The position numbers and the translations under genes are program-made. The notes beneath the pieces were generated by a model, which saw only the letters and a list, made by a program, of their open reading frames with translations, ran no database searches and had not been told where the DNA came from. Positions 48,552 to 63,468 of a stretch of DNA of 64,000 bases are shown here, one piece after another. This DNA comes from Vicugna vicugna (taxonomy: Eukaryota), in contig MU058198.1 in assembly GCA_013265495.1 (NCBI GenBank), positions 3,794,419-3,858,418 on the forward strand, in the 5' to 3' direction. Numbering within the stretch: the stretch's first letter is position 1; each line of letters begins with the position of its first letter.

Positions 48552-51500
48552 GTATTTACAAATTCTTCTCAATGGCCCCAAATAATCCAGTGTCTGATAT
48601 TTTGCTGTTCCAGTGGGTGGTTGGGGAGATGAAGGCAGTGGTGGAGAAAGGGAGATAGTTCAAATTATTGCCGAGAATGTGCAGATGTTCAGACTGTTTC
48701 AAGCAAGACTAATGCTGTGTAGGATGAAGGGGTTGGGTCTTGTTGATTGTTTTTGGTATAAGCTTCATGAGACGAGATTTTGTGGCACTCCAGGCAGCTT
48801 CTGCAGTTGAGAAAAGTGTTCAAATCTAAAATCCCTAAGCATATTTGAACTGCTTTGATCTCTGGCTTGAGATGGGGTCTTTGGCTCTGCTTAAATTACA
48901 TTTCAGTGGGGGAGGGGTTTAGGAAGAGGAAGAGAGGGAGGGCATAAGGGAGGGGGAGAGAGAGAGGGAGAGATTGATTCTGACATAGCCTGACATACTC
49001 TGAGCTATTTCCTAATTTTTCAACGTAGTCTTACCAGTTTTTTCTGAGTTTGGTCTAACTAGATATTTTCATGAACTTCCATTGCCAACCAGTTCCAGAC
49101 TAACATATGTGAACCTCTACACACACACACATTCTAAGAAAACCTATTAATACATGTTTCATTATTTGGGGTCAAAACGAAACTGAAGTCTTGGTATTTG
49201 GTGCCTTCCTTCCTAAAGCATCAGCAAACCCAACAGATATATTTCAATGATATTTGCATAAGACTGATTCTCCAAGAATTGCAGCATATCACTTCTAACT
49301 CAAAAATTTGAGGATTTGTTCTAAATTATAATGAAGAGAACAGACCAATTTTAGAATGTCAAGCTCTTGGGTAGCCTGTCTCACTATTAAACTTGCTTTC
49401 ATTACACCAAGAAAACACTCTAAGCAGCATCACTGGGCAATGCCTGGATGTCAGTAGGAGTAAACAGAAAAATAGAGAAGGAAATCAAAGCTCTTTGGAG
49501 CCTATGTGCCTGAGGGAAGGCACTGGATTAGAGGGACAGAAGGGAGTTTTCTCAGGCTTCTGAGGAATCTGTGAAGCCTGCCACAGTGATGGGCAAGGAA
49601 ATCTGGGTTTCCTATGTGCTCTCCTCCCTTGCTTGCCATTGGTTCTCCATGCCTGCATTCCCACTGGCTGGCATTTGTCAGGGCTTCTTGAGAACTTGCA
49701 TTTATGTAAATTGCTTAGGAAATCATTCTATGACATCACTTGCTAGTGTAATATTGCATCATTCCCTGGCCTTCCTCCCATGTCCTGACACTCTGAATGA
49801 CTGCTTTCCTGGCTATAACACTGCTAGAGTTGACTCTGTTTGCAACGCAAATTTGCAACTGGTGGGAGGCCCAGGTAAGAAAGAACTACTTAAAATGCAG
49901 CAAGAATTACTGTGCTTGAAGTCTAAAGACCTGGATGATGCTGCAAACTATCTGTGTGACCTCGGCTAAGACATTTACCCATCCAATCCTCAGTATATTA
50001 ATCTGGTAGATGATTAATTTGGAATAGGTGGTTATGAATTAGCACCATCCGAAGCTCTTATCATATCCAATGCACCGATGGAAATTCTTTCCTAAAAGTT
50101 GACAAAGACCTAATATCTCTGATTATTTGTGATCAGGTATGGTAAAGTCATTTACCTTAGAGAAATTCTATAATTTCCTTTCCTATGTTAATAATAAGGA
50201 ATTGGATTCATCTTTTATAAACCTGCAATTTGGTGAATGTTTTGATGCCTACATGGTTCTAGGGATGATATTAAAAAATCTGAGGCTCTTCCCAAGCCAA
50301 AAATGGCACATATGTAGACCATGTTTCAGTTATTTCCAATTCTTCTGCCTCTTGGATCTAAACCTGGGAATACATAATTAAAGACCAATTTTGGCTTCCC
50401 GCATTAGGGCCTAATATTCCTGAATCTTTGCTCAGAATTTCTCAGCTGATGGATTTTTCTTTTCTCCAACATCATGTCCTACACCCACAGTTTGTACAAG
50501 GAATTGGAACCCCATCCAGGCATTCTGTGGGCTAAGTGGGAGAAGTGAGAATTTGAATCAAGGAGGAATTGGATTAATCTAAGATATGTTCTTGGTCAGA
50601 TGAATTCTTTTGAGAAAATTTCTTGTAGTCTGTATGCAGTTTGACCCAACTATTTGATTTTTGTTATTGTTGTTGTTTTTTACATTTTTGAAGTATTAAT
50701 ACAATATGATGCATAAACTTTAATAAACCATAATAAATTTTTAGCTATGTGTACACCCATTTAACCAACACCTAGACATGCTTGGCTGAAATGTGAAGCC
50801 AAGATTTTCTTTCATATACTGAAAATGTTCAAGGAATTTGCAGGAGCCTCTCATTTCTGCATGGGAAGACACATGCAGTAGGCAGCAACCATCCTCTGTA
50901 CGGCCATCTCCTGTTCAGTATCTCAATATCTCCTGTCTCTCAAAGCCTCAACATCCTAATTTTTCTGGTCCTTTAAGTGTCCAAGGATAACTTGGGTGGG
51001 GAGTGGAGCTCAATTTTCATAGATATTAATTAGAAGAGTCAGTTCATCCATACTTTAAAAAAAAAGAGTGATGAGAGAATGTGGCTATTTCATCCAAAAG
51101 AAGGGAATGCTCCAGAGGGACATGACAGCTGTCTGCAAATATCTGAAGGGCTGTCATATGGAAAAGAGATTCAAGTGTTCTGTGTGGCCTCAAGAGGTTA
51201 GAAATAGGAGCTAGAGGAAAACAATTTTTACCTCAATATAAGTAACTATCCAACATGGCATGGGAAGCTTTTGGAGGTGATGTGTTGTCTACCACCGAAG
51301 ATATTCAAGTATAAGAAAACTACATCGATTTTTTCCAAACTTAACTAGTCATCAGAATCACATGGAGAGCTTTAAAAACAGATTATCAGGCTCCTACAAC
51401 TAGATTCTTTGCCTCCATAGACCTGTAGTGGATCACTTGGAATCTGAATTTTCTAAAAGTCCTCCAAGCAATTATGATATTAAAACCAACATGTATTGAG

Positions 51501-54500
51501 TATTTACAATATGTCTGGGAATGACTTCGTGTGTTTAAGGAGGTTCACATTTCCCAAGCAAGAGAATGTTTCTAGTTTTCATTTCTATAACTCACCAGAA
51601 TGTCATTTATATTTAACACTTATTATGTGCTAGGTTTGTGCTAGGAATTTTGAAAAAATTACCTCTTTCATTTTCAGAGGAGCTCAGTGATGCAGGTATA
51701 AATATTATCTTCATTTTATAGACAAGGAAACTGAGACTGGGAGACATTATATAAGTTGCCCGAGGTCACATACCTAAACTCAGCAGGTGCCACTTCACCC
51801 AAGCCATGTTGCTTCACCCAGCACTTGCTAGAGAACATTAATTCATGCTCTGGTAGATAGGTTGCTACTGGTACAAATGTTAACTTGTGAGAATGCTCAG
51901 ATACATGAGTTTTTCCATTCAGAAGCCCCAGATCCCAGAACATTCAGCATGCCTGTGTAGCATTTGCGGGGGGGGGGGGCGCAGGAGCCACCAGACAGGC
52001 AAAAACTCAGAGGCAGCAAAGGACACTCTTTGAATGAAAAAACAATCGACCTATGTAGAGACACCCACACTGAGAAACCAGGACGAATGCCTGACTCATC
52101 ATCTGGAAAGCACACAAGGCATTCACAAAGCAGGGCCCCAACCTGCAGCGTGCTTTCAATGGCGGCATGTGAATTTGAATGAGAACATGTTCAATATGTG
52201 ATTCTCTCGCTAAGAAACCTCTTGAAGTCCTAGATATAATTGAAGCAACGGATTTATTTTGATAGTGGAAAGACCACTGGTCTAGTAGCATGGAACCCTG
52301 GGTGCCAATCACATTTCTGTCCCTTTGGACCTCAGTTTACCCAATTCTAAAATGAGAGCTTTAGATAAGATTAAGAAGTAACAAATCTGAATGTCCATGC
52401 AGACTAAGCAGGTAGTATAAAGTGTAAAACAAACATTTCACACTCTTAACTCAATTACATCGGGAGGAAGAGGGAGAGGAGTAACAGTGTGTTTGAGAAG
52501 ATACATGGTAACAAACTTGGTCTCACTATGGGGGCAACAGAGAGTGGTAGAGACTCTGGCAAATTGGGAACAATTACTATGTGGCTTGAGTTGATTTTTA
52601 CTCTGGGGAAATGTATATCAAATTTGGCCCAATGTCCAAATTTTTAAAAAGCCATATGTTAAATTTCCTGATTTTTAAAATGTGGGCAACTAATTTAACT
52701 TTTAAAAAATGCAGTGTCAGCCAAAACAAATTCACCTTATGGCTGAACCTGACCCATGGGTTGCCTTTTGAGCCCTGGAAATTATCTAAATGGCCCCTTT
52801 AATTCAAATTTCTGATATCTTCATTTTTGATTCCGAAACTGCTCTTTATTAGTCAGTAATCACTTTTTCAATTCATTTAAAAAATTGCCTGCTAAGAAAA
52901 GAAAACTCACTTAGGATTTTAGGACAGAGAACAAAAAAGTATGGCAAAGAGTTTCGATAAACTGCTCTTTCTGCTACAGATGGGTCTGGATGACACTAAA
53001 CATCTGGCTGAAAAATCGAAAAAAATTTAGCCAGTCATTAGAAGTTCCCCCATATTTTCAAATCTCCAGATGGTTGACTTTTTCAGCCAGATGGGGTTCC
53101 AGCTTTATTTATGTGTTCAGAAGCCTTCGGGGAAGCTTCAGAGACATGGTTGAGGACAGGGGTGGGAGAAGGGCGTAAGCATTTCCTGTGTGCCAAGCCT
53201 GTGCTAGCTGCTTGTGCATGTATTAACTCATACTTTTCATATCTCCTATCTGCCCCCCGGTAGAACATAAACTCCATAAGGACAGGGGTTCTTGTCTGCT
53301 GGGAACACTCCTATATCCCTAGAGATTAGAAACAGAACCAAGTAGTCCCTTCTGTTCCCCTTGTCCTAGATTTAATGCTGCATCTTCCCTTAGACGTGGG
53401 TGCAGAATGTATCAGAACTTGCTTACTCTCTTCCCCACTCCTGACCTTCTTGTTCCTTTCCATTCACCCTTCTTCCTTGACCTTAAAGCCCAAGAGGCTG
53501 TTAGAAGAGAGAAGCGGGCTGGAATCTTAAGGGACAATGCGGGAGAGTGACCATGACTGTGTCTGGGGGCAGGTCAGGATACAGGAGGTGGCAGAGACTG
53601 AGGTGTGAGTATGACTGACATTCAGGCAGGACACATTGGTATAGCCGTATTGGTTGTTAAAATGTTGAAATACTTCCCTATCTGTTGAGAAACAAAATCT
53701 AGTCCAAGTCCTTCATCAAGGCCCTAGCTTTTCATGTAATCTCCCAAACATCAATAAGATCTATCAAATAAAAAGTTAAGACCTGGCCCAGTAGGGACAT
53801 CACAATCCCATGCAAGCATCCATTCTGATTGGTTAGTCTTGGATCCTACCAGAAGTTAAATATTTTGAATCTCACTCTTAGTTGCATCATCACTGATGAA
53901 AAGGAACTACCCTTCCTTTTTTTCTGCCTCAAACCCAGCTTTTCCACCTTCTGACTCTAGGATTCTACCCATCTTAGAAAGTAGATAGCTTGAAAATACT
54001 TTTATCTTTGCTTCACTGTTTGAAATTTTATCTCTTGATTGGCATAAGGGCAAGGGATCTCCAATCCAGGGGTGAGTGACCTATGTATGTTATTTTAGCA
54101 TGCATGACTAGTGTGGGTTACCAACACGCATCAAGAAAAAAATAAAACAAGAAATCAGGCAAAAAGATGCGTGTGTCCTTTTAATGCTTAATGTCATAGG
54201 GCAGTGTCTAACAAGCTTACTTAAGTGGTCATATAATTCTCTGGAGGCATGTAACTTTGTTTGACTTAGCTTTTATTTTAGATTCAGGCCCAGTTGTGTA
54301 GTTATTAGACGTTTACTTGTAGAAAACTTGGAAAGATGCACGTATATTTTTTGTTCAGCAGAGGCAAAAATGATTTCTGTTCATTAGAAGAGATAACCCC
54401 AAATGTTGTGGACTACTGACCTCCCTCTAGGACATTAATTATTTTATGTATAACTTAACAATCTCATTTCCGGTTTTTTTTTTTCTTGAAAAAATATATA

Positions 54501-56225
54501 ACATTTTCCTTTGAACCAGCTTTGTCATTCTGCTGGTTCCCTCACTGATGAATCAAATAAAACTTGTCATGAGCTCACTATGTATCTAGGAGAATTATGT
54601 TTTTTAACAATTTGAATATTATACTGTGACATGTGGAAGTAGCCTCAATGAAACCAATGTTTCTCAGGTTAAAAAGAAGCCTACAAAACTCCAAGGTTGT
54701 TTTTCTTTTCCCCTCTTCCCACAAGCCTGCAGCCCACTTTTTCAATGTAGGAACAAACTGGCCTTTAATAATTTATGGGAGACCACAGAGAACATCAGAT
54801 AATAGCAGGGGCTTTGAGGTCGGGTAGACCTGGGTTCTTACCTGAATTCTGCCATTTACTGGCTCTGAGACTTTGGAAATTGCTAAGCCTCTGAGTATGA
54901 GTTTCCTTAACTGCACAACCAGGAAGGAAAGTAGCAGATGCTTTTATCTGTTTCGTCTTGGTTCTTAGTTTGTGTCTCATGGTACCATCATTCCTTCATC
55001 CTTTTAAATAACACGTTGACTACTAGTCCTTGATTCATCCATTTGAGACAAGATCCATTTGCTAAGACAAATGATAAGTTTGCTTTCTTTTATACCACGA
55101 CCTTCCCTTCCAATGCTTTTAATTCCTCAGTGAGTTACCTGTGTCTCCAAGAAGAATCATTCGTAAAGATTGAGGGCACCTGGGAAAAAGAGAGCCTGGC
55201 ATCTCATTCCAGGATTTGATACTCACTTAGGCAGCACCACTGCTCATCTGGCCACGTGTCTATTTTGGCAAGGAAGTTGGGACGCAAGACCAGGGCAGAG
55301 AGAGGAAGTGGCAGCAGGGCAGCCTGTTTGGAATGGTGAGGTGGATGAGTTGAGTGAATCTGGTGGTGGATTCTTGAGCTTGAGTCGTTTTGTCAGCATC
55401 TCACCCAAGAGAGCAGCTCATTCAGCAAGAAGACCCTTAGCCAGGGTTGCATGGTGTTCATAAAGATGTTGCCCTGTGCAGGGCTGCCTGGTCTAGGGGT
55501 CAAGCAGGGGCTGAGAGTCAGCCCATGCTCCACTACCCAAACCATGCACGTTGATCCAGAACTGAGTCCAGAGGGAGAAGGGCCTTTTAAAAATGTTCAC
55601 AGGATACTGTATGGACCAACTGGAGACCCAGCAGTGAGTTGCCAGTGATGGGAGCCGAGGTGGGATGGAAAAAGTTGACCAGACTCAGATATTCACATCA
55701 GAGAAGGAAGTTGAAGTGGGAAGGCCCCATAGGGCCCTCCAATAACCAATGCATGTGCCTCCACAGGAAAGTCAACGTATAGATTCCAGTATGCAGAGAA
55801 CCCTGGCAATCAGTGTTAGATGGAGAAACAGCAGCAATGAACAAAAAAGGTTTGCAATGTCACCCAGCTAACTGAAGTGGCATTTCGGCCCTCTTTTTCT
55901 TGCTGATCCCTGCCACAGCATATTGAAGCTGCTCTCATCTGGAAGAGGGAGGAGTAGGGTTACAGCTTTGCAATCAGATATGCAACTGGAAGTTTTAACA
56001 ACCAAAAGTGACTGGAAATGTATGAGATCTGCCCAAAAATATCATTAGGGAAAGAAAAGATTGGATATAACAAAGTTATATAACAAAATAAAACAGTTGC
56101 CTGTTTATATGTCACTTAGTTGAGACTTACAAATGAATAGGATTTATGTCATCATGCTTTGTCTCCAAAATTCTAAAAGTTGAAAACTCACTGAGGTATA
56201 TATACTGTGATATATAATTACATCT

Positions 56226-56550
56226 CCAAGACTGGCAAGCCACAGCCCACGGGCCAGATTTGGCCCATGACCTGTTTTTGTGCAACCCACAAGCTAAGAA
56301 TATCTGGTACATTTCGAATGGTAGGAAAAAAATCAAATAATATCCAAAAATATTTCATGATACATAAAAATGATAAGAAATTTTAATTCTATAATTCTGA
56401 ATGTTGTCAATGTGAAAATTACAGAAAACTTTTTTCTTTACTGTTGTATTAATATCTACACAGTATCCTCAGTTTTGCTCTTCGGACTGCAAAGCCTAAA
56501 ATATTTACTGTCCGACCCCTCGAAGAAAAAGTAAAATTTGCCAGTCCCTG
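56226..56550. mobile_element. hAT-Charlie (MER58-like) DNA transposon remnant
   Basis: ggcaagccacagcccacgggccagatttggcccatgacctgtttttg...gcctaaaatatttactgtccgacccct...tttgccagtccctg. Confidence 0.7.
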
Positions 56551-59500
56551 CTATATCTCACTGCAGAGACATGTAGGAGTCAATAATAACATTTTATTTC
56601 TGGACGTACCCTCTGTTTTCCCAAGAGTGTAGCATTGCTTTCTTTTTCCTTGCCCCATTTTCCTTTATCATCGACTTTTCATCTAATCAGGTATTCTGTT
56701 GGGTCCTCTTTTCATTCCTGAAGAATGCCCACCTAGTTCTTTGCCCAGGCAGTCATTGTCCTCTTTCTGAGCATGGGGGGGTGGTTAAAACAAAATCAGT
56801 GGATCCTGCCCTCTCTGATGGTCTCTCTAGGGAAAGCAGCTCCTAACTGCTTTCAGGGGACACAGGGAGCAGTGTCTGTTGAGGCTGGCAAGAGAAGAAA
56901 CTTTAATAGCCAGTTTTATGATGGCAACAACAAGAAAGACCCTAGAGACAGACTGAAGCTAGACCCAGTGAGACATGCTTAGGTGAGGGTGAAGAAATTG
57001 AGGTCCACAACAGGCAGTTGGTATTGGGAGTCTAGATATATAGTTCCATGGACTTGAGGTTCATATGACTACGAAATTTCATGAAAAATACTTTGTGAAT
57101 TGGAACTTTTATGGAAACAGTCTTATCCTCCATTAGTGTTAAGAATCACTAATATAGAGCTTAGGACAGGGGTGAAATCTGAGTTGACACATAGGATCCT
57201 CCAAACATAGGTGGTAATTGAAGACATGAAAAGTATACAAGAAGTGCCAGAGAAAACCCAATGACTACAAAGACAGAAATCGACAAAACCCTGAGTAACA
57301 TTCATACTATGTGACAAGGGACAGAGGAACCTGTGAAAATTGAAAAAAAAAAAAAGACAAAAAGACAAAAAGAGAGATGAATGAGGAGAAAGAATTCAGG
57401 ATTTCAATACCATTTGGAGGGTCTACTGAGACTTGCTCCAAAATGATGCAGATGAACAGAAATGCCTGGAGCTAGAAGCTCTCTGCCTTGAGAGAATTCC
57501 CTGCAAGGCAGAGACTCACCTGGGGACTACTTCCTGGGTTTGCATGAGGGCGTGCCCCTTCCAGGGTAGGTCTGCCCTTCCTCCTGGTGAGATGCCAGTA
57601 TGGATTCTGGAGGCTGCTTCCAAGGAAGCCACGAAAGGAGAGAATGGGTCATGAGAACCCCATAGAGAGGTGCCAAGGAAATAGTAAAAATACTAATTAG
57701 CTAACACTTAATGGACACCTTCTGTGTGCCAAGCTGCAATTACTGAGACAGACTGAGCATTCATCCTGAGCCTTCATATATTTATTTATTTAATAGAGAC
57801 ACCTATGCGATGCCAAGCACAGTTCTAAGTGAGTGCTTGACAAATGTTGTTTAGTCCTCGTGCCTTCTTCAGAAGTTAGAGCTACTATTATCCCCATTTC
57901 ACAAATGAAGGAATGGGGGCCCCGGAAGGCGCACGGTTAGTAAGAGGCTGAGCTGGAATTCCAGCCCTACCCTGTGTCTTTCATTCCTTACGCCATCTGC
58001 TTGGATACGCACTTACCATAAACAGATGTTAAGTGGTTCTCATAATAGCCCTGTGTACAGCTAGCAGGTCTGTCCCACCAAGGAGGACACTGAGGCTTGG
58101 AGAATTGAATTAGCTACCACGAGATCACCTGTTAGGTAGTGGCAGGGTTGGGACTCGAACCCGAAACTTCACCCTAATCCCCACACTGCACTGCCTTAAC
58201 TGAAGAGCCCAGGCCTGCTGGGATGGGTCTTCCCCAGACTTGCCCCCTCCGCACTCCATCAGGGAGAGTTTGATGTCACTCACTGGCTCTGAACCATTCG
58301 GTGACTGGAACTATTATGAAAAGTAATTAACCCAGCCTTTGCCAATTTTTATTCCAAATCCAGAAAGCAAAGCCAAGGAAAAGATATGGAAAAGCTAGTA
58401 AGATTTAGACATTGTGGGAAGGAAAAATAAAGATTTAGACATTGTAGCAGTTGGCTGTGAAGAAACACCACCTTTAGGGATCAAATGTAAATTGGCGGGA
58501 AAAAAAAGGCAATATCAATCGTTTGGAAGAAGAGAGTTTCTTTTCCAAAGAGTTCGACTATACGCAGGTGAGCAGACTATTGGAGAGTCTTGCATATTCT
58601 ACATTGGATTTGGGGTGTTTCCACACCTGAGGATGCCATTAGGTTCATGGCTGTCCCATTTTCTGAGGACCAGACTTGACCACATCATTTATTTGACATC
58701 TTTGAGCTTTAGACTCTGGGTCGGGCAGGAGTCAAGGTTTCAGGGCTTGGGTAGCTCTGGTACTTAGGGACCTGCAGACTGATTCTCCTGCAGCACTCAA
58801 GGCCAAAAACATCTTTGAAGAGCACCTCACCCCCACCAGACATGCAATGGATGAGTGTACCACCAGGTCTGATTCTCCATGCCCTTGGGCCTGAGTCGGC
58901 TGGAAATGGGCAGCTGGGCTGAGCCTGGAGCAGGCATCTTTTAACTTGCATGTTGTAAGAAACGTTCTCAGATATCTTGTGCCCCTCAAATACTCTTTAT
59001 CCGCATTGCCCTGAATCACTAGCCTAGAACCAGAGCCTGACACATAGCAGGTGCTTAGTAAATATATATTAAATTTGTTGCTTAAGGGTTGGTTGTTTAA
59101 TTACCTTGAGCTTCTCTTAGCGAATCCACGCGAATCCCTAGCAATCTTTGTTCTGCTCTTAAGTGCTTACAAGCCACTTTAAAATTAATATATCCTAGAA
59201 TCCTTACCACAGTGGATGGTAACTCAGCATCCTGTATTTTGAGCAAGTCTGAACTTCACATGTTGAAAAATCTCAACATTGTTTGTCCATCACTCACTTT
59301 CCATTTAATTTTTCCTCCAAGATAATTCAGCGTAGTTCAACAGTCTCGTTTAAAAATTCCCTCAGTATCCTGGGTGCAAACTTGGGAAAAGAATAAAGAA
59401 AATACAGGACATATTGTGCACAGATCTGGCAGGCACTGTTTCTATTCCTTGTGCTTCAGATTCTGTATATATTTGGTTACCTGCATGTTTAGGAAATGGA

Positions 59501-62500
59501 ATTTCCCCAACTCTGTATTCCGCAGCATATGCTCCTTAGCATCACACATAGCTGCCTTGGAATACAATAATACCTACCTGTTAAATTAAAGGCATTCAAA
59601 AACCCATAGGTAACTGCTGAGGTGTCTTCCGTCACCTCATCTATTACAGAATCCTACTGTCACCTGTGGAAATTGGTTTTGACATTGAGCAGTTAATACA
59701 GATGCATATTTACAACAAATCATAGTGACCCTTTGCAAATTACAGGACGGCAGAACCAATTAGCTGTTTATCAGCTTAAAGTGCCTTAAAGTCTGTACTA
59801 CCAAGTAAATCCTGGTTTTTTCAAAATATTACTTTTCACCAAAGATGAATCTGGCTTGCAATCGAAATGCCCTAAGTGTTTAGAGAAAAATAAAAAGATC
59901 AAATCAAGAGGCAATGATGTTAATCTGAGTCAAACTTCTGCTGCCTGGCATAATTGCTCTTTTCTGCACTTTCACTCTCTGGTGAGTGATGGCTTAGCTC
60001 TGAGCAGTGGGGAGATGGCAGAGGTTGGGTTCCAAGAGATAATAAGGTCTGAACCAAGGAAAATTCAATATGGGTCACCCCCAAAGATGATTTTCCAGTT
60101 GGAGTCCCTGGGGCTGAGCTGCAGTGACATCCTGTTGGCATAGGAAAAGCAGAGTCCTAGCCCAGGACCATGGACTTTCTCCACACTCTCCTAAAGCAGG
60201 CAGAAGTCCTGGGGAGGGAAGGAGGATGAAATTGTGAACAGTGTGGCCAAGGTCAGCTTCCCTGAGAAGGTGACATTTAACCCAAAATATGAAAGAGGTA
60301 AGGAACCAAGCCAGATGCAAAGAGCACTCCTTCCAGGCAGAGGGAACAGCAAGTGCAAAGGCCCTGAGGGTGGGTATGTGTCTGGGTGTTTAAGGAGCAA
60401 GGAAGCCAGTGTGGCTGAACAGGATGAGTGAGGAAGAAGGAGCAGGTGAGGAGGCTGGAGGCCAGGAGGAAGTTGTAAGCCCTTTGCCCTGTGATCTCCC
60501 TTGTGTCTCACAGGCAAGAACTTTAGCTCCAGCTTTTAAAGCTTTCTCCTCACCTCACCCTCATGCTTCCCTAAGACTGGGCACGGGGGAGGAGCATCTC
60601 CTCAGCATCGTCTTCCTTCTTCCCCTGAAAACCAGCCACGGTCCCTCACTGTTTCCAGTACTGTATTTCTCACTGTGGAGAAATGGGGTTTAAATGAAAT
60701 GACAATGGTTTGGGAGTTTCTGATGCTTACCAGATCTAACAAAGCTCCTGGAGTCATCATTCTTGTTGGGCATCCCCTTTCTGACTCCCAGATTCTCACC
60801 TTTCTGCCCTTCAAGCTGGCATCTTCTCCTGTGCTGGTCCTCTTCTCAGCCCAGAGAGGCAATAGAAGCTGTGAAGTAAGTGGTTTGCATTTGAGGAGAC
60901 CTCAGCCTGGGCCTCCTGCTCTGTGAGTGCCTCTTTAGCACCTACTGTGTGCCAGACACTTGCTAGGTGCTGAGAATTCAGCAGAGAATAAAGTAGACAA
61001 GTTCTCTCGTCTTTGGTAAATTCACAATTGTGTAGAGAAGATGTTCAGCCAACGTGGTTGAGCAGAGCAGAATGCTCCTGGGGGATAGAGTAGGGGGTCC
61101 TGGATCAGTCAGGGGGAGGGGCCACTTGTTACACAAACATTCATTCGGGCTTGCGTGTCCCCAGGGTGCCTGGCCTACAATAGGTGATCAAAACACACTT
61201 GCCAAATGCACCCCAAGGCTTGTGGAAGGCACACAGAGGAGGACTGAACTTTCCCAGGTGCTGGGGGCTGGAGTGGAAATGAATTCAGAGCCCCGGCTTC
61301 TTGTCCTTAAGCAGTGGGAAAAGAGAACAGGAAAACTGTCTACCTCTAGAGATCCATGGAGATAAATTGAGTGGTGACACATTTCTCTCTTCTTTTAATT
61401 TTTGAACCTTCTTTTTTTTTTTTTAAACAAATAATCCAGGATATTTGATTTTTATCATGTTCTTCTCAGTTGTGTATTTTTCCTATTGTATTTTCTTAAT
61501 TAAACCACTTTTAATATAAAAGTAATATAAAAATGTATTCTCGATATCAACTTCTAAGATAAAATAGACAGGGCAAGGTTTCCCCTGGACTTTTACAATA
61601 ATCTCATCCCCTGACCGCCCCTCCTCCCCAAACTACTGCTACTTGTAGTCGGGTGAATTTCTAATAAATATCATTTCCCTATTTCCCTATAAACATCCTT
61701 TCTGCTCTACCGTGTCAAGGAGATTAGAAAGGGTAGATTTTTCTCTCCCAGTTCAAATTATTCATAATTGGCTCAAAAGCTTTAAAAAAGAATCTTACAA
61801 TTTAATAAGTCATTTAATTATGCACACTATTTAAAAATCAAATCATATAGAAGGGCTTTTAATGACAAGCATCTGTTCACCCCTCCCCACTCCAAGTCCT
61901 GGTCCTCAGAGCAAGCTTTTTTTTTTTTTTAAACCATTTCTGATTCAGTTCCTCTGGTGGCTACATCCACCTCTCTAAATAATATGTTTATCTTCTATTT
62001 TTTGATTTATCATCTATTGACTTCCTGCTGTAATAGGTGAGGATTAAGCTAACTCTCTCCACCCTCTATATTGATTACCTTTTAATTTCTAAAAATAACA
62101 TTAATCTTCATTTCTTTTTCCAGCCACCTTGGATAGAATGTTTTTTTAGCTTCCTACTTTATAAAATGAGGAAGTCCACATACCCCCCCCCCACCTACCC
62201 ATATCTGTTGGTTGCATTTTTACTTTTTCATGGCCAAAATTCATTGTATTTGCATTTGATTCTATAAATATGCTAATGTCTTTCATGCTGGGGCAACAGA
62301 TTGATGCCGGAGTTTGAAAACCAATAAACATTATTCTGATTATGTAGATAACGTTTGATGCAAAGCTATGTTGTTTTCCAGGATTACATGTTTTTCTTTG
62401 TGGTTTCAATGTCACTGAAATCTCTGAGTCATTCAAAGAAAAATGTCCAAATGAAGCCTCCTTTCTAACACTTCACTACTTGTTCAAAATCATGCCATGT

Positions 62501-63468
62501 ATTTGTTTGGTACAGTATGCATTTTTCCTGGAGTTTCTGATTGATTTGAAGGATTTTTTAAAAGGTTGTTTCAGAGCAAAATTAGGCTTTTTAAACATAA
62601 GCCCTGTGGTGGGAAAGAAACCTTTTGGAAAAATCACTCCCCCCCCCATTTTTTTTTTTCTGCTTCCTCAGTACAGTAGTACTTAAGAACTCAGTCTCCA
62701 CAATCAGATTGCTTGCACTCAAATCCCAGGTCTACCGCATATAATTTGTGTGACACTGGGTGTGTTACTTAATCTCACTGTGTCTCAGTTTCTTCATCTA
62801 TAAAATGGGGATTATTATTGTCCCTACTCATAAGGTTGCTGTAGGAATTGAACGAGTTTGTATTTGTAACAGCACTTAGAACTCTGCCTGGCACACTTCA
62901 GTATGAACGGTGTTGGTGGTTACCGTCTTCCTGTGATACGCAGGACAGAATCGGACAGCACCTGTCCATCTGCATTGTTCTGCCAAAAGCAAGGACTCAT
63001 CCCAGCCATGGTTACCACCGTCCTTGTAGTCTCCAAGAATCTTCATAGGTCTTTGCTTCCCTGTGGCAAAGCCAATGATACAGCTGATGGAAACCGTACC
63101 GGGAAACAAAATTCATAGTCTTTGGTGATGCGACTTGGGCCTGAGTCTTTTCAAACTGGTTGATGAAGGTGCTCAAAACTTCAGAGAATCTGTATTCTTG
63201 AATATCCCTCCACTGAGCCACATTAAGGAAACATCAGCACTTAAAAAATAACAGTAGCAAGGGCGCCCTGAGTGTCCGTACGCATTCTCCCACTCAGTCC
63301 CCTCAAGAGCCCTCTGGGGGATCATACGCATTTTGCTTGATGAGTAAATGGAACTCAGAAAAGTAATTGTCTCAAATTCTCACAGCTAATGAATAATGGT
63401 CCGGGGAGGATTCAACCCCAGGTCTTTGAAGCCTGAAAACTGATGTCCTGAATGCTGGTGTTATAGCC

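Noticed and set aside
48552..48658. C-terminal extension of the 105-aa ORF
   Set aside because: Read-through into intron 1 past the GT donor; TARP similarity stops at CCLEG.
54124..54174. 9-bp inverted repeat ACACGCATC/GATGCGTGT around an A-rich loop
   Set aside because: Short arms and a long loop; compatible with chance in 64 kb.
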